Below, one piece after another: positions 14,782 to 24,147 of a stretch of 36,925 bases of DNA. Every line of letters starts with the position of its first letter. Position 1 is the stretch's first letter. A program made the position numbers and the translations under genes. The stretch lies in IMG/VR virus record IMGVR_UViG_3300012667_000078, positions 1 through 36,925 of that record; one strand, written 5' to 3'. The notes below the pieces were generated by a model. It was not told where the DNA came from. It was given only the letters and a program-made list of their open reading frames with translations, and did not search any database. Source of the DNA: a virus. Taxonomy: Duplodnaviria > Caudoviricetes.

Positions 14782-17264
14782 CATTCGTCCATGTCTGGAC
14801 TGTACCCCTTGACCGGCTTCACCGGCTTTGGTGACAAGCGGTACATCTCTTCCCGCTGGCGCTGCTTGACCAGAATCACGCGCTTGCGATGCTCTGCAAA
14901 CTTCTCACCCAGTGCAGGGTTGATGACCCACTCGGCAATGTGCATGTGTTCCTTGCTGCCGTCATCGGTACGAAGCACCCAACTTGCTTGTTCCAACGTG
15001 TGCATAGCCCCCAGCACCATTTGATCTTGAATCCACGATGTCTTGCCCTCAAGCTGCCTGCGCGCGCCGCGCTTCAGATCGCTCAAGGTCATGTGTCCTT
15101 TGTCGTAGTGCTGGATGATGTAGTCGGCCACCCACTGATCGAAGATGTCCACACCGGCCACTTCACCCAAGGCGTAGCGAAACGCTGGGATGATGTAGGA
15201 CTTGACCAACTGCACCACGCGATGCACCACGGCCACATCGACTGTCGGACTGAATGGGTTCTCCATCACATGGAACAACAGAATCAATCGGCCAGCAGTA
15301 CCTTCGAGTTTGCCGAATGCCGTCATGAATGTCTCATTGGACAGCAGCAGCCGCTCGTCCTGCTTGGCCTCTTCGTACCATGACTGGAACTCACGGAACG
15401 CCACAAACGCCTCGGGACTCAGTTTGTAGGTCATCGGTGGCATGGCGTAGACCAAGCGCAGCGTGTTCTCCCATGCGGCAGCACTCGTCAAATATTCAGG
15501 GATGGGGTTGCCAAGGCGTGTCTTGTGCCCGCGCAAGATGGCGGGGATAAATCGCTGGAGCAGGCCGTCACTTGACAGACTCGCCAAACTATCTTTGAAC
15601 ACTCGGGGCTGGATGTTGCCGTAGATCGACACGGCCAAGTTGTCGGCGTGAATCGCGCCAGCACCCACTCGGTCCATCTCATAGGGTTCTGACTCATAGC
15701 TGACAACCCATGCCGAACGATCCTCGCCGCTGGTCTTGTCGGTCATCTTCTTGATCCACGAGTTCATCTCGTCGAGGTAGCACAGCAGACCCCGTGGGCG
15801 CTCTGCCGCAGACCTTACCAGCTTCTGACTCGTGATGTCCGACACCGTGATCTTCAAGGGCACGGGCTGCGCGGGTAGGTCGGGCACTGCTGGGGCATCG
15901 CCGCCCAGCATCGCGTCAGGCGTGGCGCTCCACTCAAGGAAACCCTTCTTGGCCGCAGCGTGTGCTGCCTCTTTACCCTCCCAGTCCATCAACTCTTTGC
16001 CGTAGCGTGGACGATCTTCGAGTTCGATATTCTTGAGTGGGGCCAGCATGGGGCGTGAGCCGGGGGATTTCTTGTCTGCCGGATCGCCCAAGGTCATCAA
16101 CCAGAGAACTGGGGGAACCTTAAAGCCCGGCATCAACTCAAGGCGCATCTGGGCATCTACCACACCGCAGACCGCAGAGAGTCCGGCAAACAAAGGAACC
16201 AAAGGGTCACAGCCCACGCTATCTGAAATTTCTTGTGCGCGAGTGCTCAAGATGCTGGGCCATACCGACATGTCCATTTCAGGGGCTGCGGGTCGAAGGC
16301 TGGTGGTGAGATGAACCGGCTCGGTGGGCGCACCGGCTACGGCTGAGAAAAGGGCAGCAGCATCGGGCAGGGGGCGCTGCCAGCCGTGTTGCTTGGCAAT
16401 GTGAAAGAGTGTGCCCAGCTTGACCGCTGTGGCCTTGTCCGATCTGAAGCTGGCCCACTGCGTGATCATGCCACCTTCGCCGGGGTACTTGGTGGCCGAC
16501 TGCATGGACCACTCATTCCAAAGCGCCAGCGCCTGATCGAGTTGGTTGGTTTGGTTGCCCGCCCAGTGCAGGGCCATGCCCACGTTGACCCACTCTTCGC
16601 GGGTGCAGTCAGCGGGGATGGACTCGACAGCTTGGCGAATCTCTTCCCACGATGCGTCAACCGTGCCGCCCGTGCCAATGGCGCGAATCTTGTCGGCATC
16701 GAGCATGGACTGCCACAAGTCGAGAATCGGCTGGGGGATGGTGGGCAGGCGCATCCAATGACCTCGACCCGCCCAGCGGTAGGGCTGCATGGTGTCGGGG
16801 TGGATTGATGGGGGCAGCACATCCTGCACCGTGAGGCCGTTGGCCGTGGCACAGCGCAACTCGTAGGCAGTCAAGCCATTGATGATGATCTTCTTTGAGG
16901 GGAGCGCCAGCCCGAAGGGCATCGCGTACAGCAGCTTGCCGTGACCTGCGCGGCCACTGTCTACGATCACCGCATCGTTGGCGTCATAGAGTGCTTGCAG
17001 ATCAATGCCGTGTTGCTTTAGCGCAACAGCGGTGCTTTCCCACTCGTCAATGTCGAGTGCCATCGTGCCGCTGTAGGCATGGGCCAAGCCGATGCCGTAG
17101 CCGTGTGGCAGGTCAGTCTGGGACTTGAGCGCGTTGGCTTTGAGATTCCAGCCCGGTGTGCGTGGACCCTTGGTTCCCATGGGGATCGGCACAAGGTTCC
17201 AGCCGTGTCTGATATAGGCGTCTACTGAGGCGGGGTGTTGTTGCACGGTAGAAACTACGCTCAT
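14781..17264 (-). CDS. Bifunctional primase-polymerase + PriCT-2 + DUF3987-like helicase
   Basis: N-terminal YIRHGWNLVPI..GTKGP...GW, ALDID, VLPPSIHPDT; EEWVNVGMALH (PriCT-2); degenerate P-loop GDPADKKSP, LCYLDEM, DGLLQRF. Confidence 0.85.
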   Translation of the reverse strand: MSVVSTVQQHPASVDAYIRHGWNLVPIPMGTKGPRTPGWNLKANALKSQTDLPHGYGIGLAHAYSGTMALDIDEWESTAVALKQHGIDLQALYDANDAVIVDSGRAGHGKLLYAMPFGLALPSKKIIINGLTAYELRCATANGLTVQDVLPPSIHPDTMQPYRWAGRGHWMRLPTIPQPILDLWQSMLDADKIRAIGTGGTVDASWEEIRQAVESIPADCTREEWVNVGMALHWAGNQTNQLDQALALWNEWSMQSATKYPGEGGMITQWASFRSDKATAVKLGTLFHIAKQHGWQRPLPDAAALFSAVAGAPTEPVHLTTSLRPAAPEMDMSVWPSILSTRAQEISDSVGCDPLVPLFAGLSAVCGVVDAQMRLELMPGFKVPPVLWLMTLGDPADKKSPGSRPMLAPLKNIELEDRPRYGKELMDWEGKEAAHAAAKKGFLEWSATPDAMLGGDAPAVPDLPAQPVPLKITVSDITSQKLVRSAAERPRGLLCYLDEMNSWIKKMTDKTSGEDRSAWVVSYESEPYEMDRVGAGAIHADNLAVSIYGNIQPRVFKDSLASLSSDGLLQRFIPAILRGHKTRLGNPIPEYLTSAAAWENTLRLVYAMPPMTYKLSPEAFVAFREFQSWYEEAKQDERLLLSNETFMTAFGKLEGTAGRLILLFHVMENPFSPTVDVAVVHRVVQLVKSYIIPAFRYALGEVAGVDIFDQWVADYIIQHYDKGHMTLSDLKRGARRQLEGKTSWIQDQMVLGAMHTLEQASWVLRTDDGSKEHMHIAEWVINPALGEKFAEHRKRVILVKQRQREEMYRLSPKPVKPVKGYSPDMDE

Positions 17265-17308
17265 ATAATCGCCTCGACAAGCATATTGCCATTTGTTTGT
17301 TTGTTCAT
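17261..17308 (-). CDS. Putative 15-aa leader peptide coupled to the primase
   Basis: AAAGGAGG SD, MNKQTNGNMLVEAII; its TGA overlaps the primase ATG. Confidence 0.45.
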   Translation of the reverse strand: MNKQTNGNMLVEAII

Positions 17309-17325
17309 GGGTTGATACCTCCTTT

Positions 17326-17358
17326 AAGCCTCGGTCTTACCACCGGGGCTTTCTTTTT
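17326..17358. terminator. Hairpin with plus-strand T-tract in the primase leader
   Basis: AAGCCTCGGT-CTTACC-ACCGGGGCTT then TCTTTTT. Confidence 0.55.
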
Positions 17359-17378
17359 GAAAAATATTTTTGAAACCG

Positions 17379-17417
17379 TTGACGCAAGTGTAGCAGATGA
17401 TGTTATACTTCGTGCAA
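17379..17417. promoter_or_regulatory. Overlapping divergent promoters (replication operon and primase)
   Basis: Plus: TTGACG-19-TATACT with TG extension. Minus: TTGCAC-19-TACACT with TG extension. Confidence 0.5.
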
Positions 17418-17439
17418 CGCAACCAAAATTTATTTTGTC

Positions 17440-17640
17440 ATGGCAATTCCAAAAATCAAATCCAAGTTTCTTGTAGTCCGAGTGACTGACAAGACACACA
17501 CCAAATTTCACACCAAGGTTCGGAAGTTCGGGCAACCGTCTGAAGTCCTTCGTGAAATCATCGAGGCGTTCAATGAAGACCGCCTCACAATTCAACCCCC
17601 TGTAAACGTAAAGGAATCTTTGTATGTCACTCGAAATTAA
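17440..17640 (+). CDS. Ribbon-helix-helix (Arc/CopG-like) regulator
   Basis: FLVVRV beta ribbon, helix, G-x-x-S turn, SEVLREIIEAF. Confidence 0.7.
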   Translation: MAIPKIKSKFLVVRVTDKTHTKFHTKVRKFGQPSEVLREIIEAFNEDRLTIQPPVNVKESLYVTRN

Positions 17641-18034
17641 AATTGAAGCCCTGACCCAAGCCGTGATCGCACTCACTGCGAAATTGGAGTCCAGCAATGT
17701 AGCACCAGCAGCACCTGTTGCACAAGTGGCCGCACCTGTGGCTGCCCCAGCACCCGTTGTTGCCGCTGCCCCTGTTGCCGCGCCAGCACCTGTGATGCCC
17801 GCAGCACCCACATTTGTGGCACCCGTAGCCGCACCCGCACCTGTTGGTGGCGCACCGTTCACTGACGGCAAAGGTCTGATCGATTACGTCATGAGCGCAT
17901 ACAAAGCCCTTGGCCCACAAAAAGGCGCAAGCATTCAAGCTGTGCTGACACAACTCGGTTATGCCAACATCAACGACGTGAAGCCAGAGCACTACGGTTC
18001 TTTGTTCGCAGGCATTGAAGCACTGAAGGCTTGA
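17624..18034 (+). CDS. Ala/Pro-rich linker protein preceding DUF2800
   Basis: N-terminal helix, long A/P/V linker, C-terminal helical domain; AAGGA SD. Confidence 0.75.
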   Translation: MSLEIKIEALTQAVIALTAKLESSNVAPAAPVAQVAAPVAAPAPVVAAAPVAAPAPVMPAAPTFVAPVAAPAPVGGAPFTDGKGLIDYVMSAYKALGPQKGASIQAVLTQLGYANINDVKPEHYGSLFAGIEALKA

Positions 18035-18036
18035 TC

Positions 18037-19347
18037 ATGAGCGGCCACGCTATGCTGTCCCCATCGAAGCGCAGCCGCTGGGCCTTGTGCCCCGGCTCGA
18101 TTCGTGAGGAAGCCAAGTACCCCGACCAAGGTGGTGGCCCTGCCGCCATCGATGGGACGCACAGCCACACACTGCTGGAGCAATGCTTCAAAGGTGACCC
18201 TGTTGAACCGTCTGCGTTCATCGGGCTGACCTTGACAGATCACGAAGGTGAGTTTGTTGTTGACGCATCCCGCGCCGAACGAGTCAAGATTGCTTATGAC
18301 TACATCACATCGCGTGTTGTTGAGATCATCCAGTCGGGTCACTTCCCCACAGTTCTCACCGAGACCCGTGTGGACCCCGATCACCTGCTGGGTCGCAAAG
18401 ACTTGTCGGGCACAGTTGACATTCAGATCACGGGTGGTGACACACTTGAGTTGATCGACTATAAAGATGGTATGGGCATCGTTAGCGCCGAAGGCAACAT
18501 GCAGCTTGAACAATACGCCTATGGTGTGTTGGCAGGCTACAAGCTGCCCGTTAATGGTGTCTATCCTTTTGAGTTTGTGAAGATGACGATCATTCAGCCC
18601 AAGCTGGCGCTGCGTGGTATGCCTGCGATCACTTCGCACACGGTCACTGTAAGGTCACTGTTGGACAACATGGGTACAATCATCACCCAAGCTGCTGCAA
18701 CTGACAAACCAGATGCACCGCTTGTACCGGGTGAAGGTCAATGTAAATTTTGTCGCGCTAAAGGCTCCTGTGCCGCGCTGGCAAGTAACGTAATGAAGGA
18801 GGTCGGAATCATGTTCCAGCCAGTAGTAAATCAAACACTCGACGTCGCGCAGCAATCTGCCGACAAAGACCCATCCGCAATGGATGACGCACAGATCGCA
18901 CAGATCATGGAAGCAGCCCCATTGATGCGCCAACTCCTTGAAGGTGTTGAAGCTGAAGCACTGCGCCGTATGCAAGCAGGTCAAACAATCCCCGGACTCA
19001 AACTTGTCAATGGTCGCGGCTCTCGCGCTTGGGCACTGCCTGAAGCTGAGATGGCCGAGAAGCTGACGAAGATGGGCATCCCCAAGGGCAGCGTCTATGA
19101 AACCAAACTCGTGACCCCCGCGAAGGCTGAGAAGCTGGTGTGGGAAAAGAAGGACGGCACGAAGGTTCAACTCACAGACCGTCAACTCAAGCGCATGGAT
19201 CAAGAGTATGTCGTGAAGATGGCAGGCAAGATCACTGTGGCCCCCGAATCTGATAGCCGCCCGGCTGTCATCACCAATGCTGCACCGATGTTCAGTGCAG
19301 TAGAAGCAGCACCCGCTGTGGAATCCTTGCCCTCGTGGCTCATGTAA
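18037..19347 (+). CDS. DUF2800 Cas4-like PD-(D/E)XK exonuclease
   Basis: HAMLSPS..RW..CPGS, GTVD, IDYKDG, QLEQYA, CKFCRAKGSC Cys cluster. Confidence 0.88.
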   Translation: MSGHAMLSPSKRSRWALCPGSIREEAKYPDQGGGPAAIDGTHSHTLLEQCFKGDPVEPSAFIGLTLTDHEGEFVVDASRAERVKIAYDYITSRVVEIIQSGHFPTVLTETRVDPDHLLGRKDLSGTVDIQITGGDTLELIDYKDGMGIVSAEGNMQLEQYAYGVLAGYKLPVNGVYPFEFVKMTIIQPKLALRGMPAITSHTVTVRSLLDNMGTIITQAAATDKPDAPLVPGEGQCKFCRAKGSCAALASNVMKEVGIMFQPVVNQTLDVAQQSADKDPSAMDDAQIAQIMEAAPLMRQLLEGVEAEALRRMQAGQTIPGLKLVNGRGSRAWALPEAEMAEKLTKMGIPKGSVYETKLVTPAKAEKLVWEKKDGTKVQLTDRQLKRMDQEYVVKMAGKITVAPESDSRPAVITNAAPMFSAVEAAPAVESLPSWLM

Positions 19348-19366
19348 ATCAACTGGAGTAAATGTA

Positions 19367-20047
19367 ATGTCCGATATTATTTTCTTGTCAAACGTCCGTC
19401 TGTCTTTCCCTCACCTCGCTGAACCACAGCGTCAAGTGAACGAGCAGACCGGTAAAGAGCGCATCTCTTACAACTGCGAGTTCCTCATGCCGCAAGATCA
19501 CGCTGGGTTTCAGCAGTTCATGCAGAAGTACGGCGCGATGGCCTTGGAGAAGTGGAAAGAACACGCTCAGACCGTCATGGGCATGATTCAGCAAGATCGC
19601 AAGCTGCGCTGCTTTGGTATGGGTTCAGAGAAGGTCAACAAAAAGACTTTCCAACCCTACGATGGCTACGCCGGTAACGTGTTCATCACTGCTGGTCGTG
19701 ACAACGCGCCACAGATGATCCAAGCCGATGGCACACCCATCGACCCAGCGAACACGATGGCGTTTCAACAACTGGCCCGCAAGATGTACGGTGGTTGCCG
19801 TGTGAATGCGGCCATCAAACCTTGGTTGCAAGAGAACAAGCATGGTCGCGGCATCCGTTGCGATTTGATCGCTGTTCAATTTGCTGGTGACGATACTGCA
19901 TTTGGTGAAGGGGCCGTTGATGCGTCTGGGTTATTCGGTGCGGTTGCGGGTGCTCCTGCTGGAATGTTCGCTGCTGCGCCTCAAGGTGCGCCTGCGATGC
20001 CTGCTGCGCCGTTTGCGGGCTTGCCTTCATTCTTAGGCGGTCAGTAA
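19367..20047 (+). CDS. DUF2815 single-stranded DNA-binding protein
   Basis: NVRLSFPHL, YGGCRVNA, GIRCDLIAVQF..DDTAFG. Confidence 0.88.
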   Translation: MSDIIFLSNVRLSFPHLAEPQRQVNEQTGKERISYNCEFLMPQDHAGFQQFMQKYGAMALEKWKEHAQTVMGMIQQDRKLRCFGMGSEKVNKKTFQPYDGYAGNVFITAGRDNAPQMIQADGTPIDPANTMAFQQLARKMYGGCRVNAAIKPWLQENKHGRGIRCDLIAVQFAGDDTAFGEGAVDASGLFGAVAGAPAGMFAAAPQGAPAMPAAPFAGLPSFLGGQ

Positions 20048-20054
20048 AGAAATC

Positions 20055-20101
20055 GGGGGAAGCGCGAATCCATTTCGGAGCTACAGCCTCGCGTGACCCC
20101 C
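20055..20101 (+). ncRNA. Candidate structured cis-RNA between ssb and polymerase
   Basis: GGGGG/CCCCC outer stem, AA/GA internal loop, GCGCGA/TCGCGT stem, inner TCC-ATTTC-GGA hairpin; no U-tract. Confidence 0.45.
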
Positions 20102-20120
20102 ACCTAACTGAGTAATCGTA

Positions 20121-21974
20121 ATGAGTAATGACTATGTATTTGACATCGAAACCTACCCCAACATCTTCACGCTGGCGGTGGAACATGCAGAAGCACCGTT
20201 TCGCTGGGCGTTCGAGATTAGCGACTGGCGCAATGATTCAAAAGAGATCGTTGCCTTCCTCCAGTACCTTAAAGATACCAACGCCCGTATGGTTGGTTTT
20301 AACTCCTTGGGATTCGATTACCCCGTTCTCCATACACTGATCCGCATGGGTCACAGCGATGCCAACACGCTGTACCTGAAAGCCATGTCGATCATCAACT
20401 CGCAGAATGACGACGAGGGTGGCAAGTGGATGCACCAAGTCAAACCCTCTGACCACTTTGTGCAGCAGATCGATCTGTTCAAGATTCATCACTTTGACAA
20501 CAAGGCCCGCGCCACCAGCTTGAAGATGCTGGAGTTCAACATGCGCTCGGACAACATCGAAGACCTGCCGTTCAAGGTTGGCACAACGCTGGCGCAAGAG
20601 CAGTCGGTAAAGCTGAAGTCATACAACGCGCACGACGTGGACCAGACCAAGGCGTTCTACTACAAGACGCTGGACATGATCAAGTTCCGTGAAGAGTTGA
20701 CTGCCAAGTACAACCGCGACTTCATGAACCACAACGACACCAAGATCGGCAAGGACTACTTCATCATGAAGTTGGAAGAAGCCGGTGTGACCTGTTACGA
20801 CTTTGGCCCGAGTGGCCGCACACCACGACAAACCCCTCGCCCATCGATTGCGCTGCGCGATGCCATCCTGCCGTGGATTCAATTTCAATCACCAGAATTT
20901 ACCCGTGTGCTGAACTGGCTCAAGGACCAGACCATCACCGAGACCAAAGGAGTTTTCAATGATCTCACTGCTGTTGTGGACGGATTTACTTTCGTATTTG
21001 GCCTTGGGGGTATTCACGGCAGCGTGGAGTCTCAAGTGGTCGAATCTGACGATGACCATATCATTGTTGACTTGGATGTTGCTAGCTATTACCCGAACCT
21101 CGCTATTACTAACGGCTTCCATCCTAAACACCTTGGCGCTTCTTTCGTAAGCATCTACAAGCACCTGTTCGAGCAGCGCAAGACATACCCCAAGAAGTCA
21201 GCAGAGTCGGCCATGCTGAAGCTGGCACTCAACGGTGTGTACGGTGACAGCAACAACAGGTTCAGCGTGTTCTACGACCCTCTGTTCACAATGTCGATCA
21301 CGCTCAACGGTCAACTGCTGCTGTGCGTATTGGCCGAGGGGTTGCTGCACATTGAAGGTCTGCAACTGATCCAAGTGAACACTGACGGCTTGACTGTTCG
21401 TGTGCCGCGCAGCCGCAAGATCGAGGTGGACATGGTTCGCGCTGCATGGCAGTCACGCACCGGGCTGGTCCTTGAAGAAGCGATCTACAAGTCGATGATG
21501 ATTCGTGATGTGAACAACTACATCGCTCAGTACGAGAACGGCTCTGTGAAGCGCAAGGGTGCGTATGAGTACGAGATGGGCTGGCATCAGAATCACAGCG
21601 CCATGGTGGTTGCCAAGGTGGCCGAGAAGGTCATGATCGACAACGCACCAATCCGCGAGACTCTGCACAACTGGCCCGACATCATGGACTTCATGCTTCG
21701 CACCAAAGTACCACGCTCAAGTCACTTAGGTCTTGAGCACGATGGTGTGACCACGCAGTTGCAAAACATCACGCGCTACTACATCGCCGAGGGTGGTGGG
21801 CGTTTGTTCAAGTGGATGCCACCACTCAAAGGCAAGAACGAATGGCGCAAGATCGGCATCGAGTCCGGTTGGGGTGTGCAGCCCTGTAACGACATTCGCA
21901 ACGCTGGCAAGCTGCCAGTTGATTTTGATTACTACGTTCGAGAAGTGGAGAAATTATGTCTGGGTCTAGCTTAA
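20121..21974 (+). CDS. Family B DNA polymerase with 3'-5' exonuclease
   Basis: Exo motifs FDIET, GFNSLGFD, YNAHD; polymerase motifs DLDVASYYPNL, KLALNGVYG, NTDG. Confidence 0.9.
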   Translation: MSNDYVFDIETYPNIFTLAVEHAEAPFRWAFEISDWRNDSKEIVAFLQYLKDTNARMVGFNSLGFDYPVLHTLIRMGHSDANTLYLKAMSIINSQNDDEGGKWMHQVKPSDHFVQQIDLFKIHHFDNKARATSLKMLEFNMRSDNIEDLPFKVGTTLAQEQSVKLKSYNAHDVDQTKAFYYKTLDMIKFREELTAKYNRDFMNHNDTKIGKDYFIMKLEEAGVTCYDFGPSGRTPRQTPRPSIALRDAILPWIQFQSPEFTRVLNWLKDQTITETKGVFNDLTAVVDGFTFVFGLGGIHGSVESQVVESDDDHIIVDLDVASYYPNLAITNGFHPKHLGASFVSIYKHLFEQRKTYPKKSAESAMLKLALNGVYGDSNNRFSVFYDPLFTMSITLNGQLLLCVLAEGLLHIEGLQLIQVNTDGLTVRVPRSRKIEVDMVRAAWQSRTGLVLEEAIYKSMMIRDVNNYIAQYENGSVKRKGAYEYEMGWHQNHSAMVVAKVAEKVMIDNAPIRETLHNWPDIMDFMLRTKVPRSSHLGLEHDGVTTQLQNITRYYIAEGGGRLFKWMPPLKGKNEWRKIGIESGWGVQPCNDIRNAGKLPVDFDYYVREVEKLCLGLA

Positions 21975-22204
21975 ATGAACAGGTTGGTGGCAACCACTAC
22001 AAGGACTTGCCGATCCAACCAGTCGAGTACATCTACGCCAATGCGATAGGGTACTTCGAGGGCAACGTGATCAAGTACATCAGTCGCTGGCGCAAGAAGA
22101 ACGGCCTCGCTGATTTGCTCAAAGCCAAGCACTACATCGAGTTGCTGATCGAGTTGGAAGGTAAGAAATCTGACGAGGGCTGCAATGCTGGAAAAACAAA
22201 TTGA
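21956..22204 (+). CDS. DUF3310 (T7 gp1.7/SaV-like) protein
   Basis: QVGGNHY, GNVIKYISRWRKKNGLADLLKAKHYIELL. Confidence 0.88.
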   Translation: MSGSSLNEQVGGNHYKDLPIQPVEYIYANAIGYFEGNVIKYISRWRKKNGLADLLKAKHYIELLIELEGKKSDEGCNAGKTN

Positions 22205-22469
22205 AGCAGGAGTCTGCGAATACGCCCGTGCCAAGGGTGTGCTTGCTTACAAGTTCACCAGCCCCGCACGGGCTGCTGTGCCCGACCGTCTGTTCATCGC
22301 GCCAGATGGCCGTGTGTGGTTTTGTGAATTTAAGCGTGGAGGCCAGAAGCCTACTGCTGCACAAGAGCGGGAACATGCCCGACTCAGAGAACAAAGAGTA
22401 AACGTGTTTGTAATTGATAACGTAATTGAAGGTAAGAACATGATTGACTTAATGGTGATGGGATGCTGA
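22185..22469 (+). CDS. VRR-NUC domain nuclease
   Basis: EKQIE, VPDRLF, FCEFKR.G.KPT..Q. Confidence 0.9.
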   Translation: MLEKQIEAGVCEYARAKGVLAYKFTSPARAAVPDRLFIAPDGRVWFCEFKRGGQKPTAAQEREHARLREQRVNVFVIDNVIEGKNMIDLMVMGC

Positions 22470-22470
22470 T

Positions 22471-22713
22471 ATGAAACAAGATGAAATCATTGAGATGGCT
22501 AGAAAGGCTCAACAGGAAAGTTTTGCCGGTGACAAAGGGCATTGGTTCAAGATGGAAGCCAAAGACCTTGAACGCTTTGCCAAACTGGTAGCAGCTAAAG
22601 AGCGTGAGGCAGCAGAGGAGCGGGTTGTAGATTTGTTTACAGATATGGAAACGCCTTACTTGCCAGACATTGTTAAAGCAATCCGAGCAAGAGGTTCAAA
22701 TGTTGACTCCTAA
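22471..22713 (+). CDS. Hypothetical protein (DEIIEMAR...LERFAKLVAAKERE motif)
   Basis: Fills the gap between VRR-NUC and helicase; overlaps the helicase start. Confidence 0.75.
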   Translation: MKQDEIIEMARKAQQESFAGDKGHWFKMEAKDLERFAKLVAAKEREAAEERVVDLFTDMETPYLPDIVKAIRARGSNVDS

Positions 22714-24106
22714 TTTGCTTCACGGCTACCAACAAAAGGCCGTGAACTTCCAATGCACTCACCCCCACTCGATGCTGTGGCTCGACATGGGACTGGGTAA
22801 GACCGTGATCACGCTGACCTCGTTGGCCCATTTGATCAAGACTCAGTTTCTGCGCGGCGTGATCATCGTCGCACCGATCCGAGTCATCCGACTGGTGTGG
22901 CGTCAAGAAGCTGCGAAGTGGGAGCACACCAAGCACTTGAAATTCAGCATGGTCTCGGGCACAAAGGATCAGCGCACTCGTGCGTTGCTGCGCCCGGCTG
23001 ACATCTACATGATCAACTACGAGAACCTCGGGTGGCTGGCTGAAACTTTGCAAACGTACTTCGTCAAGAAGGACAAACCGATGCCGTTCAACGGGATCAT
23101 CTGGGACGAGATCAGCAAGATGAAAAACTCGGCCACCAACCGAGTCAAGGCATTTCGCAAGATCGCCGACAAGTTTGACTGGACCACTGGACTCACGGGC
23201 ACACCGGCCAGCAATGGTTACAAAGACCTGCACGGTCAGTTCCTCGTGGTGGACAAAGGTGAGCGCCTCGGCACATCGAAGACAGCTTTTCGCACACGGT
23301 TCTACAAGAAGGTCGGACCGTACAAGGAAGTTGCTTACGAAGACACTGAAGACACAATCAAAAAGCTGATCGGTGACATCACATTGGAAATGAGTGCAGA
23401 GGATTACAACCCGCTGCCCGACCTCGTGGTGAACAACGTCGAGATCGAGATGCCTGACGAGTTGCGCGGCAAGTACGACAAGATGGAGAAGGAGTTTTTC
23501 CTCACCCTTGACAGCGGCACAACAGTCGAGGCATTCAATCAGGCATCGCTGACCAACAAGTGTTTGCAGTTCTCCAACGGGGCCATGTACCCCATCGCTG
23601 GGATGCCGCTGTGGGAACCTGTGCATGACCTGAAACTAGAAGCACTCAGTGACATCATCGACGAGGCCAACGGATCACCGATCTTGTGCTCCTACGCCTA
23701 CCGCTCGGACGCTGCGCGGATCATGGAGAAGTTCAAGAAACTCGACCCGATCAATTTGACCGAATGTAAAAGCGAGTCGTCACTGACAAACGCCATGCAC
23801 CGCTGGAAGACGGGCGACTGCCAATTGATGATCGGTCATCCAGCATCGATGGGTCACGGGATCGACGGTCTGCAAAGGAACGGACACATTCTTGTGTGGT
23901 ACGGGCTGAATTGGTCACTCGATCTGTACGAGCAGTTCAACGCTCGCGTGCGCCGCCAAGGTCAGGGTGTGCCGGTGATCTGCCATCGAATCATGATGCG
24001 CGACACATTGGACCAAGCGCAAGCGTTGGCCCTCGATGACAAGGCCACCACACAAGCAGGACTGCGTAACGCCATCAAAGAGTATCGCCAGTCCAAAGGC
24101 CACTAA
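22700..24106 (+). CDS. SNF2-family helicase
   Basis: DMGLGKT, WDEIS, LTGTP, SMGHGIDGLQ, QFNARVRRQGQ; GAGG SD before ATG 22700. Confidence 0.92.
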   Translation: MLTPNLLHGYQQKAVNFQCTHPHSMLWLDMGLGKTVITLTSLAHLIKTQFLRGVIIVAPIRVIRLVWRQEAAKWEHTKHLKFSMVSGTKDQRTRALLRPADIYMINYENLGWLAETLQTYFVKKDKPMPFNGIIWDEISKMKNSATNRVKAFRKIADKFDWTTGLTGTPASNGYKDLHGQFLVVDKGERLGTSKTAFRTRFYKKVGPYKEVAYEDTEDTIKKLIGDITLEMSAEDYNPLPDLVVNNVEIEMPDELRGKYDKMEKEFFLTLDSGTTVEAFNQASLTNKCLQFSNGAMYPIAGMPLWEPVHDLKLEALSDIIDEANGSPILCSYAYRSDAARIMEKFKKLDPINLTECKSESSLTNAMHRWKTGDCQLMIGHPASMGHGIDGLQRNGHILVWYGLNWSLDLYEQFNARVRRQGQGVPVICHRIMMRDTLDQAQALALDDKATTQAGLRNAIKEYRQSKGH

Positions 24107-24109
24107 AGT

Positions 24110-24128
24110 GTGTTACACTGTGTAACAC
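24110..24128. promoter_or_regulatory. Perfect 19-bp palindrome overlapping an extended -10
   Basis: GTGTTACAC-T-GTGTAACAC contains TGtTACACT. Confidence 0.55.
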
Positions 24129-24147
24129 CACAACAAGGAGTAAAGTA

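Noticed and set aside
17305-17871. 188-aa minus-strand Gly/Ala/Thr ORF
   Set aside because: Antisense shadow of the Ala/Pro linker gene; crosses the promoter region.
18037-19347. Cas4-like nuclease as a sign of a CRISPR system
   Set aside because: No repeat-spacer array or other cas genes seen; DUF2800 is a standard part of this replication module.
22673-23626. 317-aa antisense ORF
   Set aside because: Opposite the SNF2 helicase; expected from codon bias, no motifs.
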